Of a stretch of DNA of 64,000 nt, positions 1 through 10,941 are shown piece after piece. The position numbers were made by a program, and so were the translations under genes. Under the pieces are notes generated by a model, which was given only the letters and a program-made list of their open reading frames with translations, made no database searches and was not told the DNA's origin. The stretch's first letter is position 1. Each line of letters begins with the position of its first letter. This DNA is from Hamiltosporidium tvaerminnensis FI-OER-3-3 (taxonomy: Eukaryota; Fungi; Microsporidia), in assembly GCA_022605425.2 (NCBI GenBank), contig JAKIMF020000011.1, positions 248,001-312,000 of the forward strand. The letters run 5' to 3'.

Positions 1-1670
1 CTTAGAGATTAACAAAGAGAAGTCAGCCACAAATGATACGTGTTGTGAAGATACTGCTACTCTTCTAGAAGGTGTTAGTGTTTACAAATATTTAGGAATA
101 ATAGAAGATAGCAGAGGAATTCCAACACATAGCTCATTTGAAGAAGTACAGAGCAAACTTATATCAAGAGTTGAAAGACTTTGTCACACAAGATTAAATG
201 CAAAAAATTTATTTTCTGCAATCAATCAACATGCGATATCGTTAATCAACTACCACATAGGAGTACTTCGACTTGAACCGGCTGACTTCTCTAAGTTAGA
301 TGATGCAGTGCGTGCGGTGTTGGTGAAGAATAAGATACATCTCCGCCCAGGATGTAAAGAGCGTTTGTATCTTCCTAGAACAGAACTTGGAAGAGGCCTA
401 CATAGTGTTGAGTTGCAAAGCGAACATATGCTTCTGCAACTCTTGGATTGTCTGGAAAAAAGTAAAGAAATATCAACTAGACGAGCAGCAATCCTCAAGG
501 TGGAGAATAATAATAAAACCCATCTTGCACTAATAAAAGGCTTCTTAAAAGTAAAGTACAGGTTGGTAGAAGAAGTCACTAAGAAAAGTTTAGAAGAAGC
601 TCAACTTGCAAAACTATATAACGAAATAGAAAAACGAAAACTACATTCAAAGTTATATAATGCAAGAAAAAATGAGCTTGTGAGTGTTAGTGACTCTTCA
701 AGATGGCTAAAGAGAGGAAATATTAGGCCACGAAATGAAGCTGTGTTCTGCTATATCCAGGATAGAAATGTATTCTGGGGAGCAGATGGTGTGTGTCAAC
801 ATTGCGGGAAGTCTGGTAAGACTGTAGATCATCTAGCAACTAGATGTGAAAAAATGCTAGGCCATGATTACACTAGACGGCATAATGAAGTGGTTAGATG
901 CCTACACCTACTTCTCCTAAATAGATATAAGTTTAAGTCTTCAAAACGAATAAGGAGTCACTCAGTTCAAGAAATTCTTGATAATGAGTATGCAGAGATA
1001 AGTGTAGACACCAGAATAAAAACTGATGTTAAAATTCGGAATAACAGACCGGACATATTTATTTTAGATAAGAAGAAGAATAAGATAACACTCATTGAAG
1101 TAGGAATCACTTCCCAAGATTCACTTCAAATAGTTGAAACTGAAAAACTTAGGAAGTATGACCTGCTAGCGAATGAGTTGGGTCTTATTTATAGGTGTAG
1201 TGTTGAGATAATCTCTTATGTGATGACCTGGGACGGTATTGTGACAAAATACCATAAATCTCATCTTAAAAGACTAGAAATACCCATGAATGTAGAGGCA
1301 TACATTCAGTCTATAGTACTTAAGAAAACAGTCGAAACAATTTCCTTTGATCGACGAAGAGGACTTGAGTCAGGACTAAATGCCGAAGAGATCTGGGAGA
1401 GAGCGTCAATGGGTGTTATTATGAGATCAGAGATGCATGAGGAACCAATACCCCCTTTAAAAGAAGCGAAAAGAGAGGAAGATGGTGTTAAAATTTTAAA
1501 ACCAAAAAATAATACACCCCTTATTTCACAAGGAGGAACCACTTTAGAGGAACCGACCAATAACATAAATGAAGAGTCGGATTTGGAAGAAGAGAAAATA
1601 GTGGTTAAAGAGGTAGAAGAAAACATTAAAAAATGGTAAAAATATTTTAACCCAGAATTTTATTAAATAA
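1..1670 (+). mobile_element. RLE-type (R2/R4-group) non-LTR retrotransposon, 3' half (5' part lies outside the window)
   Basis: Contains the RT/endonuclease ORF below. The short 3' end taaaaatattttaacccagaattttattaaataaa matches the copy at 16826-16862 (- strand) and the 3' fragments in the array. Confidence 0.92.
2..1639 (+). CDS. Non-LTR retrotransposon polyprotein, C-terminal part: end of RT, thumb, CCHC knuckle, PD-(D/E)xK restriction-like endonuclease, acidic tail
   Basis: The frame is open from base 2 (LEINKEKS...YKYLGIIED, RT subdomains 6-7) through the tracked ORF 308-1639. Motifs: CQHC..TVDHLATRC, RRHNEVV, RPDIFILD...LIEVG...EKLRKY. Confidence 0.93.
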   Translation, partial: LEINKEKSATNDTCCEDTATLLEGVSVYKYLGIIEDSRGIPTHSSFEEVQSKLISRVERLCHTRLNAKNLFSAINQHAISLINYHIGVLRLEPADFSKLDDAVRAVLVKNKIHLRPGCKERLYLPRTELGRGLHSVELQSEHMLLQLLDCLEKSKEISTRRAAILKVENNNKTHLALIKGFLKVKYRLVEEVTKKSLEEAQLAKLYNEIEKRKLHSKLYNARKNELVSVSDSSRWLKRGNIRPRNEAVFCYIQDRNVFWGADGVCQHCGKSGKTVDHLATRCEKMLGHDYTRRHNEVVRCLHLLLLNRYKFKSSKRIRSHSVQEILDNEYAEISVDTRIKTDVKIRNNRPDIFILDKKKNKITLIEVGITSQDSLQIVETEKLRKYDLLANELGLIYRCSVEIISYVMTWDGIVTKYHKSHLKRLEIPMNVEAYIQSIVLKKTVETISFDRRRGLESGLNAEEIWERASMGVIMRSEMHEEPIPPLKEAKREEDGVKILKPKNNTPLISQGGTTLEEPTNNINEESDLEEEKIVVKEVEENIKKW

Positions 1671-2306
1671 AATTAAAAAATATATATTTTCTCTTCTTTT
1701 TTTTGAATTTTAATTATTTGATAGATTAATTTTCTAAAAAGTTCTAATTATAAATATACGTACTCATTATAATTCAAATCTTTAAATAAATTTATTTGAA
1801 ATACCAAAAATATCTTTGAATTCAAGAGATAATAAAGTAATTTCAATGTTTCGAGGAATTTAACTAAGTAAAAAAGAAAGAATTTTATCTATTTAAATAG
1901 AGATTATAATTTTGTGACTTATCCAGTCTACAGCAATAAAGACCGACAGGAGTCAGATATATTTTATTAATATTTCCTTTATAATCGAATTATCTTCAAA
2001 TATAATTATATATTTGTGGTATTTTATGGCAAATTATATTTAGTGTTTAAAATCATAGATTTTATTTGAAATTTTGCTTACTTAAATCGATGAAATAATT
2101 TAATTAATTTATTTGAATAAAAAGTAGGTAAAATACATTATGAATTAGGAATGTATAATTCTGAATAATATACTATCAAATTTAAGAAATATGATATATT
2201 TAACAATATTTTCTAAATATTCTTCCTTCTACAATTTAATTATGATTGAAGAAATATATTTAAAATATAGTACATATTCATTAAAAATAATTAGATAAGA
2301 GATATT

Positions 2307-2738
2307 TTAATATATTTCCGAACCACTTATTGATGTAGAAGAGTCTTCAAATTCAAATAATTGAAAATCATCATCTTCACATACTTCTCTAGAAAAGATA
2401 CCGGCTGTAAATGTTAGACACATACCATTATGTAAAATGCGGTACATATTAATTTCATCTAGAACTATTTGAAAATCATCGTAGCTATAAGGCATAGCAA
2501 TGGCTATTCTCTGATGTCCAGGTGTTACAGCCAATTCCATTTTCAAACTTGTTATATAAACAGATAAATATTCGGGCATATCTTTTGTATATTCAATGTC
2601 AAAACTTTCAGCCAGAGGTAAAGGTACACCTATAACAATATTTTTTTCCACACCCAAATATAATCCAGAACCATAATTATATATCAAAAACCCTTCTATT
2701 CCAAACATGAATAGCAGTACTGACAGCATCTCTTCCAT
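2307..2738 (-). CDS. Secreted ricin-B-lectin-like (RBL, beta-trefoil) protein, about 140 aa
   Basis: First ATG at 2738 (or 2729, giving MLSVLLFMFGIEG as a signal peptide). C-terminal YRILHNGMCLT...EVCEDDDFQLFEF fits the CL-x(9-11)-C-x(5-7)-QxF/W pattern of microsporidian RBL proteins. Confidence 0.72.
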   Translation of the reverse strand: MEEMLSVLLFMFGIEGFLIYNYGSGLYLGVEKNIVIGVPLPLAESFDIEYTKDMPEYLSVYITSLKMELAVTPGHQRIAIAMPYSYDDFQIVLDEINMYRILHNGMCLTFTAGIFSREVCEDDDFQLFEFEDSSTSISGSEIY

Positions 2739-3781
2739 TTCCTGAAATCTTTTTATACACTTCGTGTTGAATCTGTTCAATAATTTTTCTTACAGACATT
2801 TAGTATATTCTTAGAATCGGATAGTTGAAGCATTTATAAGACACAATCATCCAATAAACTAATTCAGAAATCCCACAAAAAATATTTATTTACTTTATTT
2901 AATGACCAGTAATTATACTCTAGGAAATATTTATCAAATAATCTTAAAATATAATAATAATATAATCATTTAATTAATTAATACGATAAATTTTCAATAT
3001 ATTTAGAAATTTCTAAACATAAAAATCGTCTATTTTAATAGATACCGGACCGGCTCATATTTTTTAGATAGTTTTTCACTTTAAAAAAAATCTAATAATT
3101 TCATATAAAATTTTTTTATAAACTTTTATAGTATTTTCGAATCAAAAATTCTATTATAGGAAATCCTAATTTATATTTAGATTGTATTTACATAAAATAA
3201 ACGAACTTCTTTGTATTTTGGATATAATAGGTCTTCTATTCTTTAAATTAGTATTTTTTCAATTTATACTTAAAATTATTTCAAATTAAGGATTAAAAAA
3301 AATATTAAATTTTCTCTTTTTATTTATGAAGAATACTGCTTAATCAAATTCCGTTCCAAAAATGTTAATTTTAAAAATTTTCAAGAGTCAAATGATTTTT
3401 AAAAATTGTTATTTCTTTTAAAAAAATATAATTTTTAAGCATTTTATTTATATTTCCATTAGGAAATTGTAATTAGAAAATAAAATTTACTTTAAACATT
3501 TCATAAAGAATATTATTTGTAAATATTTATATTTTTTGTAAAGAATTACTCTATGATTAAATATTTCTTAGATTTTGTCATTGAATAAATAAAAAATTTA
3601 TATTCTAATTATTTACGATTCAATCGTTCCATAATTTAAATATTTCTTAGATTTTGTCATTGAATTTTACTTTTTTTTACAGTTGAAATGTACAATCTTA
3701 TCTATAATTTGACATTTAAAACGAATAAAAAACTTGCTAAATTTTTTACAGAATATTTTATAAATAAAAGAAAAACATTTT

Positions 3782-4009
3782 TTAATCATCTTTTTGTGTA
3801 TTTTCAGTAAGAAAAGTACTTTTATATTTCTCAAATTCTGCTACCACATTAGATATTTTATTAAACAGATTATCACTTAAATCACCACTTTTGGGTTCTC
3901 TACTGTTGTGTAAAGAAGGATTTCGAACATTTTGCATTTCACCATTGCTTATGAGATTCTCTGCACATGAATATAGAGCCAGAAGAAAAGAAAGTGAGAA
4001 AAGAATCAT
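3782..4009 (-). CDS. Small putative secreted protein, 75 aa
   Basis: ATG at 4009 gives MILFSLSFLLALYSCA (signal-peptide-like), then a hydrophilic segment and an amphipathic helix (DNLFNKISNVVAEFEKYK). GC is locally higher than the flanks. Confidence 0.55.
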   Translation of the reverse strand: MILFSLSFLLALYSCAENLISNGEMQNVRNPSLHNSREPKSGDLSDNLFNKISNVVAEFEKYKSTFLTENTQKDD

Positions 4010-4313
4010 TGATTTGTTTTTAAAAAAAGTGCAATAAATATAAAATGTTTCAGTATGAAACAAAGTAAGAGAAACAAATATTTTATTTAAAAATGTTATT
4101 TTGTAAAAATTTATGTTTTACAAAATAATTGAATATTTACTGATTTATGACTAACACACATATGAATGGTGCAGCTTCGAATCAGTAAGGGTTAAATTAT
4201 TTGAAGATTTTAAATATTTTTTTTAAATGGTTTTCAAAAGAGAAAGTAAAAAAAAAATGTATGTGAGAGTCGTTTTTATTGTAAATTGTGTCCAAATAAA
4301 TTTAAATAGTTAT

Positions 4314-4539
4314 TTAATATTTAAATCAAATATTTAATTTATAGTTCTTTTAGTTTCGTTGCATTTCAATTTTACTAAGCTAGAATTAATATTTAAATCA
4401 AATATTTAATTTATAGTTCTTTTAGTTTCATTGCATTTCAATTTTACTAAGCTAGAATTAATATTTAAATCAAATATTTAATTTATAGTTCTTTTAGTTT
4501 CATTGCATTTCAATTTTACTAAGCTAGAATTAATATTTA
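4314..4539. repeat. 72-bp tandem repeat, about 3.1 copies
   Basis: ttaaatcaaatatttaatttatagttcttttagtttc(g/a)ttgcatttcaattttactaagctagaattaatat recurs at 4321, 4393 and 4465 with one substitution. Confidence 0.95.
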
Positions 4540-4843
4540 TTTGTTTAATAAAAAAATGTGGAGATATTTTTTCTTTTTTGAAGGTAAAAAATATAAATAT
4601 GCGTTGAATACGTTGTTATTTAAGAGTGCTTTTTATGAGAAAATATAAATTTACAAGTTGGATTTATTTTTAAATTCGGTAAAATTATTTGATTTTACTA
4701 AATGACTTATTGCCATATAAGGAATTTTCAGGCAACTTGTTTTTGAAAAGATTTTATTGCATAAAAACCATGCTATATTAGGTATGCATAAACAAAATAT
4801 TACAATATATTTCTAAAAATTAAATGTTAATGAATAATTTTAA

Positions 4844-6244
4844 TTATGCCACGTTCGGATAGCTTAAAGTGTTATTAGCCTTTTTACCTTTTTTCGAATG
4901 TATATGAACATGGGGTACATCTGCATTAGAAGGTAAATTGCTTTCATTATCTGAAAATTCTACACCATCGAAATCTTTTAGAAACTTATGGAATACTTCT
5001 TCTTCTAGAATATCATCTGAAGAAGATTCTTGATTGGCGCGCACTTCTGTTTTGGCTATGTATGGGTTTAAAAGTTGTGGTGTATTTGATTTCACATAAC
5101 CTGCAACATAATTTACAGTATCAGAAAATGTATGGCGTGGAATATCTGGGCTCAATTTTGAGTAGGGTGTAGGTTTTAAACAAGCAGGATTAATATTCAA
5201 CGGCGCAGGCTCAATTTTTTGAGACATTACAGTTGCCACAGCTCTAGGTTTACACGTTTTCTCGGGTGTCAAAGTAGATATTTTTTCTATATAACTATAC
5301 GCAACTGTTGTTGTGATTGTCTCTTCTTTGGTTTTTGTGACATCTACAGTTTTTGTTTCTTTAAAAACCGACGTTGTATAGATCGTACTTACACTTGTCT
5401 GTGTCTCCGTAACGATATCCGTGGATGTAATTATACTTCTTTCGATTGCAGTGCTTGTCACGGTAAAATGCACATCTTTAGGAATTATACGTTCTGCTGC
5501 AGTTTTTGATACAACTAAAGCAGGTGTTCCAAGGGCTGCTACAACTGGCTGTGCCGTTTTATTTCCATTGATATTATTTGGGGGATTCTCTAGAAAATGT
5601 TTCATCATATTTGAAAACTGATCTAACATTTCAGATCCAAACGATTCTGAACCAGATTTACTAGAACCGGTCGAATTAGAAGTATTGCTGGATGTACCTT
5701 GCTGCAGTTTAGTGGCCGTGTGCGGTCCGTACAAATCTCTTTTTTCGGCTTTCTTATTCTTTTCTGGATCAAATATTATCATAAACTGTTGGTCCGGATC
5801 ACCCGATTTACATTGCTCGGTGTGAGGTGTATCATGATGAAATGCCAAACAAAAATCTTCAATAGAAAGCTTATGAAACTCACCTTCCTTTTTAATCGTC
5901 CATAAAGGTGGCGGTTGCTTATCATCGGAAGAAAGTATTAAATTTCCCTTCTCGTTTTTATCCATCCTTTTTCCTGCCGCATTTCTCGGCTCTATACCCA
6001 CTTTCTTTTCAAATCCCTGTCCTTTATTTATTAACTTAAACACCGCCAAAGGATCATTAACTTCATGTGTATAAGTTATTTCACCTTCGTGGTAATCCAA
6101 AGCTATATCATGAGAATATTCATCTTTGTGCAGTATCTTAATCATTTTATCTTTTCCATCTTCAGAAGACAAAGGAAATGTCATATTAGCAGTATCTATC
6201 CACAATAAAAACACATAACATATTATTTTCACAATATCACACAT
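4844..6244 (-). CDS. Secreted RBL-domain protein with Ser-rich linker and Thr-rich (mucin/adhesin-like) stalk, 466 aa
   Basis: Hydrophobic N-terminus (IVKIICYVFLLWIDT). RBL-like motif LWTIKKEGEFHKLSIEDFCLAF...EQCKSGDPDQQFMI. TSSNTSNSTGSSKSGS linker and TVTSTAIERSIITSTDIVTETQTSVSTIYTTS segment. Confidence 0.8.
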   Translation of the reverse strand: MCDIVKIICYVFLLWIDTANMTFPLSSEDGKDKMIKILHKDEYSHDIALDYHEGEITYTHEVNDPLAVFKLINKGQGFEKKVGIEPRNAAGKRMDKNEKGNLILSSDDKQPPPLWTIKKEGEFHKLSIEDFCLAFHHDTPHTEQCKSGDPDQQFMIIFDPEKNKKAEKRDLYGPHTATKLQQGTSSNTSNSTGSSKSGSESFGSEMLDQFSNMMKHFLENPPNNINGNKTAQPVVAALGTPALVVSKTAAERIIPKDVHFTVTSTAIERSIITSTDIVTETQTSVSTIYTTSVFKETKTVDVTKTKEETITTTVAYSYIEKISTLTPEKTCKPRAVATVMSQKIEPAPLNINPACLKPTPYSKLSPDIPRHTFSDTVNYVAGYVKSNTPQLLNPYIAKTEVRANQESSSDDILEEEVFHKFLKDFDGVEFSDNESNLPSNADVPHVHIHSKKGKKANNTLSYPNVA

Positions 6245-6699
6245 CTATCTTATTTAACTCAAACTATTTTTTATATATTTATCTTCCAAACTTAAAACAT
6301 ATTTGTTTTACAAAGGAATGCTGAATTAAATACGTATCAACACATAGATATATTTAATCAATTTAATTATATATATTGTAAAAATACAAAAATATTTGTC
6401 AAGATTACCAAATTAATACCAATTTGTCTTTATTAAGTATGATGTGTCATATTTATTAAGTAATATTATTATGCTGTAATCTTATCTCATAACTTTATAA
6501 AAAATATGTTTCAAAAATAAAATTTCATATTGATAAATAATATAAATTTTATGGTATAAATTATGAGTTAAATTATCTTTGTAAAATTCTATTTCACCTA
6601 AAAATAATTAAAAAAAATTTTTAAATTTTATAACTGACAAAATATTTTATATTATTCAAATAAAAATAAATAGGAAGTAAATGTTCTTAATTAAATATT

Positions 6700-6965
6700 T
6701 ATTCTTCTATCAAATATTCATTCTTCTCTCAGTTATTCATTCTTATCTCAAATATTCATTCTTATCTCAAATATTAATTCTTATCTCAATTATTCATTCT
6801 ATCTTAAATATTCATTCTATCTTAAATATTCATTCTTATCTCAAGTATTCATTCTATCTTAAATATTCATTCTATCTTAAATATTAATTCTTCTCTCAAA
6901 TATTCATTCTTATCTCAATTATTCATTCTTATCTCAAATATTAATTCTTATCTCAAATATTTATT
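6700..6965. repeat. About 19-bp minisatellite (atattcattcttatctcaa), roughly 14 degenerate copies
   Basis: Directly visible repeats of tattcattct(t)atct(c/t)aaa with no spacers. Confidence 0.9.
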
Positions 6966-7639
6966 CGTTTTAAAAGATTTTTATGTATTTTCTTTAAAGA
7001 ATAAAGTTTATACAAAATAGAAAATTTATTCAATTAAATCTCGGGTTAAACCTTTTTTTTATCATTTTCATATATTTTCTTCTTCTCTTTTCTTAAAAAT
7101 AAGAAAATATTTTTAAATGCAGATAATTTTTTATTTGATTTGTTAAAAATTGCTCTTCCCTCTTAATTTCGCAATAAATATTTTAAAAATTAATATCCAC
7201 CACACCAATACACAATCCGTAGAATCCTAGATCATATCAACTCTTATTTAAATTCAAATATGTTTGAATTTGTAATATTACTGAAAATTTACTTCTTTAA
7301 GAATGTCAATATATTTATAAAAATATTCTGTATTCTGTACAAATTTATAAGTCATAATAACAACTTAATTTGAATGATTATTTTCTTTAATTCAAAGCCT
7401 ATTAATAAGGTAAAATTTATAAGAAATTAGGAATTATTTTTTGGAAATAAATATTTCTTTTTTATAAAAAGTAATTGAAAAAAATGAAATTTTTAAAGAA
7501 ATTTATCAATAGAATAGAAAAGAAAATGAAGGGAATTATGAAAAAATAAAATTGAAAAAAATAAAAGAATATTATGTGTAATATTTAGAGGAAAAGAAAA
7601 TAATATCAAAGAAAATTAAGGAAATATTTTTTAAGTCAA

Positions 7640-7806
7640 ATATAAAAGAAATAAAGGATTTAAGAGTTAAAAGAAATAAAAGAAATACAGGAAATATAAG
7701 AAATAAAAGAAATAAAAGAAATAAAAGTAATAAAGGAGTTAAGGAGTTAAAAGAAATAAAATAATTAAAAGAAATAAGAGAAATATAAGATTTAAAAGAA
7801 ATAAAT
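7640..7806. repeat. Degenerate purine-rich 9-mer satellite (aaagaaata-like)
   Basis: Runs such as aaagaaataaaagaaataaaagtaataaaggagttaaggagtt. Confidence 0.7.
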
Positions 7807-8198
7807 ACGAATGATTGAAACCGAAAACATTTAATTCTGAGATATTTCTTTAATTAAAAATTAATTCTGTATGAAATTTTTCTTGAGATAATACGGAATT
7901 TGTATAAATTATATTTTTAAAAATATAATTAAAAGAAATAAAAAATGAAATAAATTGAAATTACTAAAATAAGTAAATGAGATTATATTGAAATTAAAAA
8001 CGATAATTAAAGATTGAGAACTCAAATTATAGATGATTCTAAAAAAAATATTTTAAAATCAAATATCTTGAAAACTGGTATATTTGTATCTTTATTTAGT
8101 TTTATTATATTCTTTATGGTATTAAAATAAATTTACGATAAATTTAATGGATAATCTTTGTTTAAGAAGTGAAACAATATGTTTCGAAAACTATACAA

Positions 8199-9674
8199 AT
8201 GAATACAACAAAGATAAACATCATGAAAAGAAGAGTTGATATACTAATATTCATTTATTTTTATTTGAATTCGACGATATTAATGGAAATTGTTCGTGTG
8301 GTTGATCCAGAAACAGGTAATATTTTATCGGCTGAGACATTAAATATGGTCGATGGGCGGAATGGTAGCAAGGAAAATGGACCATTTACTCGACAGGTTG
8401 TTTCCATGGCTACGGGGTCTCCGCCGATGAATCGATTATTGACTTCTGGACAGGTGGTGCACCCTTCTTCAGATAACAGTGGACTAGCAAAAATTGATTC
8501 TGAGAAGGAAACTGACCCTGAAGATTTATGGTCTTTTATACCAATAAGAGGAAATAAAGTGTTGTTTGTTGGTAAAGAAAATATGTGTTTAAAACGAAAT
8601 GGTGCGCAAATTTCTCTTGAATCATGTCCAAAGCTCGATAAAATTGTTCCTAAGGAATTTGAATGGCTTATTAATATTCAAATAAGCAAAGAAGATTATG
8701 ATAGGTGTAAGACAATTGTAAGCGAATATGAAAAGTCGGATGGAGGTTTAGGTGGCGTTTTTAAAATAAATAGTAACCGCGAGCCCTCGTCTGATAAGAG
8801 TGCTGCACCTGGTTCTCAACAAAGCGAGCCTTCTGGAAACAAACCCACAGGGGATAAGTATGGTGATGAAAACAGACAAAGAGACATGTCACCAGATGAA
8901 TATTCTTCAGCTTCGATACATAACCCATCAGATAGCTATCGCCCAGATTCCAATTCGGACAAACCAAGTAATATAAATAAACGAAAGTATTCTGGCGATA
9001 AACATTATACGCCAGCGGACCGAAATAATCAGGAAAATGGTTTTCCACCAAAGGAAGATCATAGAGATAATAATGATAATCCAGGTGACGATTATTCAAG
9101 ACATAGAAGTAACGGATATAGAGAGGGCAATAGTAGAGGGAAATATTCTAGAAGAGATGATGATAAATCCATAGCTGATTCCCAGTACGGTGATGGTGAT
9201 AGAACAAGGGACGAATATCTAAGAGATAAGAATGACATATCTCAGAGAGATAATACGCTCGAACCCAGAAATCAACCAAGAGGAAGTTTTCCGAAAGAAA
9301 CCGACGGACAAAGGGATAATCACACCCCAAAAGATCAATATCGACCGGAAAGAGATGACAGACTTCCACATCATTCTGATCGAGAAGATGATATTCCAAG
9401 AGAAGGGCACTCAATATCTCCCAAAAATGATCGTTATGGCCCACCCGATAATTACTCTCCCCACATAGATCAGGAAAGAAACAGCGGTAAGAGAAGTTGG
9501 TACCATCCATCTCGAAGTGAAGCAGCATATTCTGGCAGAAATTCAAAAAAAAGTAAAACTTCAGGTGAACTTGACACTCCAATAGATAATCGTAGTAAAG
9601 ATGAAAATATATTAAGTACCTTAGAAGCCTTAAAAGAACTGTTCCAAGAATATGGAGACTCAGTCAAAAAATAA
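8199..9674 (+). CDS. Secreted RBL-like protein with a long D/R/S/N-rich disordered C-terminal region, about 490 aa
   Basis: First ATG at 8199 (alternative 8223, MKRRVDILIFIYFYLNST signal-like). RBL-like motif LWSFIPIRGNKVLFVGKENMCLKRNGAQISLESC...EFEWLI. About 290 aa of low-complexity charged tail ending in an amphipathic helix (ENILSTLEALKELFQEY). Confidence 0.8.
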   Translation: MNTTKINIMKRRVDILIFIYFYLNSTILMEIVRVVDPETGNILSAETLNMVDGRNGSKENGPFTRQVVSMATGSPPMNRLLTSGQVVHPSSDNSGLAKIDSEKETDPEDLWSFIPIRGNKVLFVGKENMCLKRNGAQISLESCPKLDKIVPKEFEWLINIQISKEDYDRCKTIVSEYEKSDGGLGGVFKINSNREPSSDKSAAPGSQQSEPSGNKPTGDKYGDENRQRDMSPDEYSSASIHNPSDSYRPDSNSDKPSNINKRKYSGDKHYTPADRNNQENGFPPKEDHRDNNDNPGDDYSRHRSNGYREGNSRGKYSRRDDDKSIADSQYGDGDRTRDEYLRDKNDISQRDNTLEPRNQPRGSFPKETDGQRDNHTPKDQYRPERDDRLPHHSDREDDIPREGHSISPKNDRYGPPDNYSPHIDQERNSGKRSWYHPSRSEAAYSGRNSKKSKTSGELDTPIDNRSKDENILSTLEALKELFQEYGDSVKK

Positions 9675-10941
9675 AATTCAATTCTCTAAACTCATTATCA
9701 AAAGAATTTTTAATTTAATTAATATATTTCCTTTTCAAAAATAGAATTAAACATAAAAATGTTTTCTCTTTCAACCAAAATATATATTTTTGAATTATTT
9801 CGAACATGTTCTTTGTTAAACTAGAATCCTACGAAATATTTTATATAAAATACAACCAACAAAAAATATTTCTCTAAATAAGATATGCACAATTTTAATT
9901 TAATAATCTAAATACCCAAATATTTTAATTCCATATTTGAATCTTAATACAAAAAAATTCTAAAGAACTTTAAAAAATGTTTATTTCTCTAACATACAAT
10001 TTAAAAGAAAAATAAATAACTTTGAATCAATTATACTCACATATCTGAACTGTTTAATACCAATAAAACTGACTAATTAGATTTTTAAATTATTTATTTT
10101 GAAAACATAAAATATTTTTTAATTGTCTGATAATTTTAGTTATTAAAGGTAAGAAATATTATATTACTTATTAATAACGTAGATTAGTAGAATATCAAAA
10201 TTAAATATTGAATAAAATATATTCAAAGAAGAGTAATTTGGTATTTCTAATTCAAGAAAAATCATTTATAAAATAAATATTAAATTTTATTTTTTTAATT
10301 TATACTTTTATAGAAGAATATAATTCGTATAAAATTTAATTTCATAATTTTTCAATACAACATAAATATTTCTAGGATTGTATGATTGTTAATATAAAGT
10401 TATTCTTTGTTGATTTCAAAATGAAAGTTAATGAATATTTTATTGCTCATAAAAGAAGTACGATCAAATGACAAACAAATCAGATTACGTAACAATAAAG
10501 TAAAAGAATAGAAAATGTAATAAAAAAGCAATTTTAAATAATATTATTAAACCCTGATCTTAAAATAATTATTATATTTGCGTAAAGAAAAACATGAAAT
10601 AAAATAAACGCTATATTTTTGTTTTTTAATTCCTGATTTAGATTTTTAAAAATTTTAAAACAAAAAAATCTGATCAAAAAAAATAAAAAATGAGAAAAAA
10701 ATCGTATATTTGTTTTGATTAGAAAATTGAGCGTAACCACAAATTTAATTATAAAATAAAGACAAAATGAAAATCGAAACTTAGATAAGAAGCTTTCTAA
10801 TAAAATTTTAAAGCAATAAATAAGTTCATAAAATAAATTTTACATTTAAATTGCTATATGAGACAGATGAGTAAAATAAGTGAAACAAATAAATTCTTTT
10901 AGAATAAGAAAATTGATAAAAGAAAATTTAAATAATTAATA

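Noticed and set aside
6700-6965. CRISPR-like appearance of short repeats (also 4314-4539)
   Set aside because: The repeats are contiguous with no unique spacers, there are no cas genes and the context is eukaryotic.
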